Shown piece after piece: positions 1-11,100 of a DNA stretch of 64,000 nt. The stretch is from contig OZ024749.1 of assembly GCA_964016885.1 (NCBI GenBank), positions 20,522,001 to 20,586,000 of the forward strand, written 5' to 3'. The notes under the pieces are model-generated. The model made no database searches, was not told where the DNA came from, and worked only from the letters and a program-made list of their open reading frames with translations. Within the stretch, counting starts at the first letter, position 1; every line of letters starts with the position of its first letter. The translations under genes and the position numbers were made by a program. This DNA comes from Eledone cirrhosa (taxonomy: Eukaryota).

Positions 1-210
1 TGGTACCTACTTACAGCTAGGTGGACTGTGACTGTTGACAGTACAGTGGACTATACCATACTGTGGTACCTACTTACAGCTAGGTGGACTGAGCTGTTGA
101 CATAGTACAGTGGACTATACCATACTGTGGTACCTACTTACAGCTAGGTGGACTGTGACTGTTGGCACAGTACAGTGGAATATATCATACGGTGGTACCT
201 ACTTACAGCT

Positions 211-3200
211 AGGTGGACTGTGACTGTTGACACCGTACAGTGGACTATACCATACTGTGGTACCTACTTACAGCTAGGTGGACTGTGACTGTTGACAGTA
301 CAGTGGACTATACCATACTGTGGTACCTACTTACAGCTAGGTGGACTGTGACTGTTGGCACAGTACAGTGGACTATACCATACTGTGGGACCTACTTACA
401 GCTAGGGGGACTGTGACTGTTGACAGTACAGTGGACTATACCATACTGTGGTGCCTACTTACACGAGGTGGACTGTGACTGTTGACAGTACAGTGGACTG
501 TACCATACTGTAGTACCTACTTACAGCTAGGTGGACCGTGACTGTTGACAGTACAGTGGACTATACCATACTGTGGTACCTACTGACAGCTAGGTGGACT
601 GAGATGTTGACATAGTACAGTGGACTATACCTTACTGTGGTACCTACTTACAGCTAGGTGGACTGTGACTGTTGACAGTACAGTGGACTATACCATACTG
701 TGGTGCCTACTTACAGCTAGGTGGACTGTGACTGTTGACATAGTACAGTGGACTATACCATACTGTGGTATCTACTTACAGCTAGGTGGACTGTGACTGT
801 TGACAGTACAGTGGACTATACCATACTGTGGTACCTACTTACAGCTAGGTGGACTGTGACTGTTGACAGTACAGTGGACTATACCATACTGTGGTACCTA
901 CTTACAGCTAGGTGGACTGTGACTGTTGACAGTACAGTGGACTATACCATACTGTGGTACCTACTTACAGCTAGGTGGACTGTGACTGTTGACACAGTAC
1001 AGTGGACTATACCATACTGTGGTGCCTACTTACAGCTAGGTGGACTGTGAGTGTTGAGAGTACAGTGGACTATACCATACTGTGGTGCCTACTTACAGCT
1101 AGGTGGACTGTGACTGTTGACATAGTACAGTGGACTATACCATACTGTGGTACCTACTTACAGCTAGGTGGACTGTGACTGTTGACATAGTACAGTGGAC
1201 TATACCATACTGTGGTACCTACTTACAGCTAGGTGGACTGTGACTGTTGACAGTACAGTGGACTATACCATACTGTGGTACCTACTTACAGCTAGGTGGA
1301 CTGTGACTGTTGACATAGTACAGTGGACTATACCATACTGTGGTAACTACTTACAGCTAGGTGGACTGAGCTGTTGACATAGTACAGTGGACTATACCAT
1401 ACTGTGGTACCTACTTAGAGCTAGGTGGACTGTGACTGTTGACAGTACAGTGGACTATACCATACTGTGGTACCTACTTACAGCTAGGTGGACTGTGACT
1501 GTTGACATAGTATAGTGGACTATACCAACTGTGGTACCTACTTACAGCTAGCTGGACTGAGCTGTTGACATAGTACAGTGGACTATACCATACTGTGGTA
1601 CCTACTTACAACTAGCTGGACTGTGACTGTTGACAGTACAATGGACTATACCATACTCTGGTACCTACTTACAGCTAGGTGGACTGTGACTGTTGACATA
1701 GTACAGTGGACTATACCAACTGTGGTACCTACTTACAGCTAGGTGGACTGTGAATGTTGACATTACTGTGGACTATACCACACTGTGGTACCTACTTAAA
1801 GCAAGGTGGACTGCGACTGTTGGCACAGTACAGTGGACTATACCATACTGTGGTACCTACTTACAGCTAGGTGGACTGCGACTGTTGGCACAGTACAGTG
1901 GACTATACCAGACTGTGGTACCTACTTACAGCTAGGTGGACTGTGACTGTTGACACCGTACAGTGGACTATACCATACTGTGGTACCTACTTACAGCTAG
2001 GTGGACTGTGACTGTTGACAGTACAGTGGACTATACCATACTGTGGTACCTACTTACAGCTAGGTGGACTGTGACTGTTGGCACAGTACAGTGGACTATA
2101 CCATACTGTGGTACCTACTTACAGCTAGGGGGACTGTGACTGTTGACAGTACAGTGGACTATACCATACTGTGGTGCCTACTTACAGCGAGGTGGACTGT
2201 GACTGTTGACAGTACAGTGGACTATACCATACTGTAGTACCTACTTGCAGCTAGGTGGACTGTGACTGTTGACAGTACAGTGGACTATACCATACTGTGG
2301 TACCTACTGACAGCTAGGTGGACTGAGATGTTGACATAGTACAGTGGACTATACCATACTGTGGTACCTACTTACAGCTAGGTGGACTGTGACTGTTGAC
2401 AGTACAGTGGACTATACCATACTGTGGTGCCTACTTACAGCTAGGTGGACTGTGACTGTTGACATAGTACAGTGGACTATACCATACTGTGGTACCTACT
2501 TACAGCTAGGTGGACTGTGACTGTTGACAGTACAGTGGACTATACCATACTGTGGTACCTACTTACAGCTAGGTGGACTGTGACTGTTGACAGTACAATG
2601 GACTATACCATACTGTGGTATCTACTTACAGCTAGGTGGACTGTGACTGTTGACAGTACAGTGGACTATACCAGTCTGTGGTACCTACTTACAGCTAGGT
2701 GGACTCTGACTGTTGGCCGTACAGTGGACTCTACCATACTGTGGTACCTACTTACAGCTAGGTGGACTGTGACCTTTGACAGTACAATGGACTATACCAG
2801 ACTGTGGTGGTGCCTACTTACAGCTAGGTGGACTGTGACTGTTGGCACAGTACAGTGGACTATACCATACTGTGGTACCTACTTACAGCTAGGTGGACTG
2901 TGACTGTTGGCACAGTTCAGTGGACTATACCAGACTGTGGTGCCTACTTACAGCTAGGTGGACTGAGCTGTTGCCATAGTACAGTGGACTATACCATACT
3001 GTGGTACCTACTTACAGCTAGGTGGACTGAGCTGTTAGCACAGTACAGTGGACTATATCATACTGTGGTACCTACTTACAGCTAGGTGGACTGAGCTGTT
3101 GACATAGTACAGTGGACTATACCATACTGTGGTACCTACTTACAGCTAGGTGGACTGAGCTGTTGGCACAGTACAGTGGACTATACCATACTGTGGTACC

Positions 3201-5190
3201 TACTTACAGCTAGGTGGACTGAGCTGTTGACATAATACAGTGGACTATACCATACTGTGGTACCTACTTACAGCTAGGTGGACTGTGACTGTTGACAGTA
3301 CAGTGGACTATACCATACTGTGGTACCTACTTACAGCTAGGTGGACTGAGCTGTTGACATAGTACAGTGGACTATACCATACTGTGGTACCTACTTACAG
3401 CTAGGTGGACTGTGACTGTTGGCACAGTACAGTGGAATATATCATACGGTGGTACCTACTTACAGCTAGGTGGACTGTGACTGTTGACATTACAGTGGAC
3501 TATACCACACTGTGGTACCTACTTAAAGCTAGGTGGACTGCGACTGTTGGCACAGTACAGTGGACTATACCATACTGTGGTACCTACTTACAGCTAGGTG
3601 GACTGCGACTGTTGGCACAGTACAGCGGACTATACCAGACTGTGGTACCAACTTACAGCTAGGTGGACTGTGACTGTTGACACCGTACAGTGGACTATAC
3701 CATACTGTGGTACCTACTTACAGCTAGGTGGACTGTGACTGTTGACACTACAGTGGACTATACCATACTGTGGTACCTACTTACAGCTAGGTGGACTGTG
3801 ACTGTTGGCACAGTACAGTGGACTATACCATACTGTGGTACCTACTTACAGCTAGGGGGACTGTGACTGTTGACAGTACAGTGGACTATACCATACTGTG
3901 GTGCCTACTTACACGAGGTGGACTGTGACTGTTGACAGTACAGTGGACTGTACCATACTGTAGTACCTACTTACAGCTAGGTGGACCGTGACTGTTGACA
4001 GTACAGTGGACTATACCATACTGTGGTACCTACTGACAGCTAGGTGGACTGAGATGTTGACATAGTACAGTGGACTATACCATACTGTGGTACCTACTTA
4101 CAGCTAGGTGGACTGTGACTGTTGACAGTACAGTGGACTATACCATACTGTGGTGCCTACTTACAGCTAGGTGGACTGTGACTGTTGACATAGTACAGTG
4201 GACTATACCATACTGTGGTATCTACTTACAGCTAGGTGGACTGTGACTGTTGACAGTACAGTGGACTATACCATACTGTGGTACCTACTTACAGCTAGGT
4301 GGACTGTGACTGTTGACAGTACAGTGGACTATACCATACTGTGGTACCTACTTACAGCTAGGTGGACAGTGACTGTTGACAGTACAGTGGACTATACCAT
4401 ACTGTGGTACCTACTTACAGCTAGGTGGACTGTGACAGTTGACACAGTACAGTGGACTATACCATACTGTGGTGCCTACTTACAGCTAGGTGGACTGTGA
4501 GTGTTGAGAGTACAGTGGACTATACCATACTGTGGTGCCTACTTACAGCTAGGTGGACTGTGACTGTTGACATAGTACAGTGGACTATACCATACTGTGG
4601 TACCTACTTACAGCTAGGTGGACTGTGACTGTTGACATAGTACAGTGGACTATACCATACTGTGGTACCTACTTACAGCTAGGTGGACTGTGACTGTTGA
4701 CAGTACAGTGGACTATACCATACTGTGGTACCTACTTACAGCTAGGTGGACTGTGACTGTTGACATAGTACAGTGGACTATACCATACTGTGGTAACTAC
4801 TTACAGCTAGGTGGACTGAGCTGTTGACATAGTACAGTGGACTATACCATACTGTGGTACCTACTTAGAGCTAGGTGGACTGTGACTGTTGACAGTACAG
4901 TGGACTATACCATACTGTGGTACCTACTTACAGCTAGGTGGACTGTGACTGTTGACATAGTATAGTGGACTATACCAACTGTGGTACCTACTTACAGCTA
5001 GCTGGACTGAGCTGTTGACATAGTACAGTGGACTATACCATACTGTGGTACCTACTTACAACTAGCTGGACTGTGACTGTTGACAGTACAATGGACTATA
5101 CCATACTCTGGTACCTACTTACAGCTAGGTGGACTGTGACTGTTGACATAGTACAGTGGACTATACCAACTGTGGTACCTACTTACAGCT
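211..5190. repeat. Higher-order duplication: ~211-1740 repeated at ~3661-5190 (offset 3450 bp)
   Basis: The same rare variants occur in the same order at constant offset: CACCGT 231/3681, ACACGAGG 461/3911, GTGGACCGTG 531/3981, then GAGTGTTGAGAG, GGTAAC, TTAGAG, TAGTATAG and ACAACTAGCTGG. ORF-track twins are 748/4198 and 1195/4645. Confidence 0.92.
811..873 (+). repeat. Representative consensus monomer: module A (811-848, 38 bp) plus module B (849-873, 25 bp)
   Basis: Both modules start with GTGGACT. B variants are 25 bp (TTGACAGT), 27 bp (TTGACATAGT, TTGGCACAGT, TTGACACAGT, TTGACACCGT), 26 bp (GAGCTG or GAGATG plus long form) and 24 bp (GAGCTGTTGACAGT). The monomer carries GGTACC (KpnI), AGCT (AluI), CTAG, GTTGAC (HincII) and two GTAC (RsaI) sites. 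Confidence 0.97.
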
Positions 5191-8100
5191 ATGTGGACTG
5201 AGCTGTTGACATAGTACAGTGGACTATACCAGACTGTGGTACCTACTTACAGCTAGGTGGACTGTGCTGTTGGAGCAGTACAGTGGACTATACCATACTG
5301 TGGTACCTACTTACAGCTAGGTGGACTGTGACTGTTGACAGTACCGTGGACTATACCATACTGTGGTACCTACTTACAGCTAGCTGGACTATGACTGTTG
5401 ACAGTACAGTGGACTATACCAGACTGTGGTACCTACTTACAGCTAGGTGGACTGTGACTGTTGGCAGTACAGTGGACTATACCAGTCTGTGGTACCTACT
5501 TACAGCTAGGTGGACACTGACTGTTGGCCGTACAGTGGACTCTACCATACTGTGGTACATACTTACAGCTAGGTGGACTGTGACTATTGACAGTACAGTG
5601 GACTATACCAGACTGTGGTACCTACTTACAGCTAGGTGGACTGTGACTGTTGACAGTGGACTATACCATACTGTGGTATCTACTTACAGCTAGGTGGACT
5701 GTGACTGTTGACAGTACAGTGGACTATACCAGACCGTGGTGGTGCCTACTTACAGCTAGGTGGACTGTGACTGTTGGGACAGTACAGTGGACTATACCAT
5801 ACTGTGGTCCCTACTTACAGCAAGGTGGACTGTGACTGTTGGCACAGAACTGTGGACTATACCATACTGTGGTACCTACTTACATCTAGGTTGACTGTGA
5901 CTGTTGACAGTACAGTGGACTATACCATACTGTGGTACCTACTTACAGCTAGGTGGACTGTGACTGTTGACAGTAGAGTGGACTATACCACACTGTGGTA
6001 CCTACTTACAGCTAGGTGGACTGTGACTGTTGGCACAGTACAGTGGACTATACCATACTGTGGTACCTACTTACAGCTAGGTGGACTGTGACTGTTGGCA
6101 CAGTACAGTGGACTATACCATACTGTGGTACCTACTTACAGCTAGGTGGACTGTGACTGTTGGCACAGTACAGTGGACTATACCATACTGTGGTACCTAC
6201 TTACAGCTAGGTGGACTGTGACTGTTGGCACACTACAGTGGACTATATCATACTGTGGTACCTACTTACAGCTAGGTGGACTGTGACTGTTGGCACAGTA
6301 CAGTGGACTATATAATACTGTGGTACCTACTTACAGCTAGGTGGACTGTGACTGTTGACAGTACAGTGGACTATACCATACTGTGGTACCTACTTACAGC
6401 TAGGTGGACTGTGACTGTTGACAGTACAGTGGACTATACCATACTGTGGTACCTATTTACAGCTAGATGGACTGTGATTGTTAACAGTAGAGTGGACTAT
6501 ACCACACTGTGGTACCTATTTACAGCTAGGTGGACTGTGACTGTTGGCACAGTACAGTGGACTATACCATACTGTGGTACCAACTTACAGCTAGGTGGAC
6601 TGTGACTGTTGGCACAGTACAGTGGACTATACCATACTGTGGTACCTACTTACAGCTAGGTGAACTGTGACTGTTGGCACAGTACAGTGGACCATACCAT
6701 ACTGTGGTACCTACTTACAGCTAGGTGGACTGTGACTGTTGGCACAGTACAGTGGAATATATCATACAGTGGTACCTACTTACAGCTAGGTGGACTGTGA
6801 CTGTTGACAGTACAGTGGACTATACCACACTGTGGTACCTACTTACAGCTAGGTGGACTGCGACTGTTGGCACAGTACAGTGGACTATACCATACTTTGG
6901 TACCTACTTACAGCTAGGTGGACTGCGACTGTTGGCACAGTACAGTGGACTATACCATACTGTGGAACCTACTTACCGCTAGGTGGACTGCGACTGTTGG
7001 CACAGTACAGTGGACTATACCAGACTGTGGTACCTACTTACAGCTAGGTGGACTGTGACTGTTGACACCGTACAGTGGACTATACTATACTGTGGTACCT
7101 ACTTACAGCTAGGTGGACTGTGAGTGTTGAGAGTACAGTGGACTATACCACACTGTGGTACCTACTTACAGCTAGGTGGACTGTGACTGTTGGCACAGTA
7201 CAGTGGACTATACCATACTGTGGTACCTACTTACAGCTAGGTAGACTGTGACTGTTGGCACAGTACAGTGGACTATACCACACTGTGGTACCTACTTCCA
7301 GCTAGGTGGACTGTGACTGTTGGCACAGCACAGTGGACTATACCATACTGTGGTACCTACTTACAGCTAGGTGGACTCTGACTGTTGACATAGTACAGTG
7401 GACTATACCACACTGTGGTCCCTACTTACAGCTAGGTGGACTGTGACTGTTGACACAGTACAGTGGACTATACCAGACTGTGGTGCCTACTTACAGCTAG
7501 GTGGATTGTGACTGTTGACAGTACAGTGGACTGTGACTGTTGACAGTACAGTGTACTATAGCAGACTGTGGTACCTACTTACAGCTAGGTGGACTGAGCT
7601 TTTGACATAGTACAGTGGACTATACCATACTGTGGTACCTACTTACAGCTAGGTGGACTGAGCTGTTGGCACAGTACAGTGGACTATACCATACTGTGGT
7701 ACCTACTTACAGCTAGGTGGACTGAGCTGTTGACATAATACAGTGGACTATACCATACTGTGGTACCTACTTACAGCTAGGTGGACTGTGACTGTTGACA
7801 GTACAGTGGACTATACCATACTGTGGTACCTACTTACAGCTAGGTGGACTGAGCTGTTGACATAGTACAGTGGACTATACCATACTGTGGTACCTACTTA
7901 CAGCTAGGTGGACTGAGCTGTTGGCACAGTACAGTGGACTATACCATACTGTGGTACCTACTTACAGCTAGGTGGACTGAGCTGTTGACATAATACAGTG
8001 GACTATACCATACTGTGGTACCTACTTACAGCTAGGTGGACTGTGACAGTTGACAGTACAGTGGACTATACCATACTGTGGTACCTACTGACAGCTAGGT

Positions 8101-11100
8101 GGACTGAGATGTTGACATAGTACAGTGGATTATACCATACTGTGGTACCTACTTACAGCTAGGTGGACTGAGCTGTTGGCACAGTACAGTGGACTATACC
8201 ATACTGTGGTACATACTTACAGCTAGGTGGACTGAGCTTTTGACATAGTACAGTGGACTATACCATACTGTGGTACCTACTTACAGCTAGGTGGACTGAG
8301 CTGTTGGCACAGTACAGTGGACTATACCATACTGTGGTACCTACTTACAGCTAGGTGGACTGAGCTGTTGACATAATACAGTGGACTATACCATACTGTG
8401 GTACCTACTTACAGCTAGGTGGACTGTGACTGTTGACAGTACAGTGGACTATACCATACTGTGGTACCTACTTACAGCTAGGTGGACTGAGCTGTTGACA
8501 TAGTACAGTGGACTATACCATACTGTGGTACCTACTTACAGCTAGGTGGACTGTGACTGTTGACAGTACAGTGGACTATACCATACTGTGGTACCTACTT
8601 ACAGCTAGGTGGACTGAGCTGTTGACATAGTACAGTGGACTATACCATACTGTGGTACCTACTTACAGCTAGGTGGACTGTGACTGTTGACAGTACAGTG
8701 GACTATACCATACTGTGGTACCTACTGACAGCTAGGTGGACTGAGATGTTGACATAGTACAGTGGATTATACCATACTGTGGTACCTACTTACAGCTAGG
8801 TGGACTGTGACTGTTGACAGTACAGTGGACTATACCATACTGTGGTACCTACTGACAGCTAGGTGGACTGAGATGTTGACATAGTACAGTGGATTATACC
8901 ATACTGTGGTACCTACTTACAGCTAGGTGGACTGAGCTGTTGGCACAGTACAGTGGACTATACCATACTGTGGTACATACTTACAGCTAGGTGGACTGAG
9001 CTTTTGACATAGTACAGTGGACTATACCATACTGTGGTACCTACTTACAGCTAGGTGGACTGAGCTGTTGGCACAGTACAGTGGACTATACCATACTGTG
9101 GTACCTACTTACAGCTAGGTGGATTGAGCTGTTGACATAGTACAGTGGACTATACCATACTGTGGTACCTACTTACAGCTAGGTGGACTGTGACTGTTGA
9201 CAGTACAGTGGACTATACCATACTGTGGTACCTACTGACAGCTAGGTGGAATGAGATGTTGACATAGTACAGTGGATTATACCATACTGTGGTACCTACT
9301 TACAGCTAGGTGGACTGTGACTGTTGACAGTACAGTGGACTATACCATACTGTGGTACCTACTTACAGCTAGGTGGAATGTGACTGTTGACAGTACAGTG
9401 GACTATACCATACTGTGGCACCTACTTACAGCTAGGTGGACTGTGACTGTTGACAGTACAGTGGACTATACCATACTGTGGTACCTACTTACATCTAGGT
9501 GGACTGTGACTGTTGACAGTACAGTGGACTATACCATACTGTGGTACCTACTTACAGCTAGGTGGACTGTGACTGTTGACATAGTACAGTGGACTATACC
9601 ACACTGTGGTCCCTACTTACAGCTAGGTGGACTGTGACTGTTGACACAGTACAGTGGACTATACCAGACTGTGGTGCCTACTTACAGCTAGGTGGACTGT
9701 GACTGTTGACAGTACAGTGGACTGTGACTGTTGACAGTACAGTGTACTATACCAGACTGTGGTACCTACCTACAGCTAGGTGGACTGAGCTGTTGCCATA
9801 GTACAGTGGACTATACCATACTGTGGTACCTACTTACAGCTAGGTGGACTGATCTGTTAGCACAGTACAGTGGACTATACCACACTGTGGTACCTATTTA
9901 CAGCTAGGTGGACTGTGACTGTTGGCACAGTACAGTGGACTATACCATACTGTGGTACCTACTTACAGCTAGGTGGACTGTGACTGTTGGCACAGTACAG
10001 TGAACTATACCATACTGTGGTACCTACTTACAGCTAGGTGGACTGTGACTGTTGGCACAGTACAGTGGACTATACCATACTGTGGTACCTACTTACAGCT
10101 AGGTGAACTGTGACTGTTGGCACAGTACAGTGGACCATACCATACTGTGGTACCTACTTACAGCTAGGTGGACTGTGGCTGTTGGCACAGTACAGTGGAA
10201 TATATCATACAGTGGTACCTACTTACAGCTAGGTGGACTGTGACTGTTGACAGTACAGTGGACTATACCACACTGTGGTACCTACTTACAGCTAGGTGGA
10301 CTGCGACTGTTGGCACAGTACAGTGGACTATACCATACTTTGGTACCTACTTACAGCTAGGTGGACTGCGACTGTTGGCACAGTACAGTGGACTATACCA
10401 TACTGTGGAACTTACTTACAGCTAGGTGGACTGCGACTGTTGGCACAGTACAGTGGACTATACCAGACTGTGGTACCTACTTACAGCTAGGTGGACTGTG
10501 ACTGTTGACACCGTACAGTGGACTATACCATACTGAGGTACCTACTAACAGCTAGGTGGACTGTGACTGTTGACAGTACAGTGGACTATACCACACTGTG
10601 GTACCTACTTACAGCTAGGTGGACTGCGACTGTTGGCACAGTACAGTGGACTATACCATACTTTGGTACCTACTTACAGCTAGGTGGACTGCGACTGTTG
10701 GCACAGTACAGTGGACTATACCATACTGTGGAACCTACTTACAGCTAGGTGGACTGCGACTGTTGGCACAGTACAGTGGACTATACCACACTGTGGTACC
10801 TACTTACAGCTAGGTGGACTGTGACTGTTGGCACAGTACAGTGGACTATACCATACTGTGGTACCTACTTACAGCTAGGTAGACTGTGACTGTTGGCAAA
10901 GTACAGTGGACTATACCACACTGTGGTACCTACTTCCAGCTAGGTGGACTGTGACTGTTGGCACAGCACAGTGGACTATACCATACTGTGGTACCTACTT
11001 ACAGCTAGGTGGACTGTGACTGTTTACATAGTACAGTGGACTATACCACACTGTGGTCCCTACTTACAGCTAGGTGGACTGTGACTGTTGACACAGTACA

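Noticed and set aside
811-873. G-quadruplex potential from four GG doublets per monomer
   Set aside because: The tracts are only two Gs long, with loops of 15-16 nt that themselves form hairpins, so stable G4 is unlikely.
811-875. Hammerhead-ribozyme satellite (as in newt satellite 2, schistosome Sm-alpha, cricket pDo500), suggested by three stems
   Set aside because: The core motifs CTGANGA and GAAA are absent from the consensus on both strands, and the stems are serial, not a three-way junction.
10543-10549. Canonical branch-point TACTAAC (also ~18094)
   Set aside because: It is a single T-to-A variant of TACTTAC copied by the 7551-bp duplication, with no supporting exon structure.
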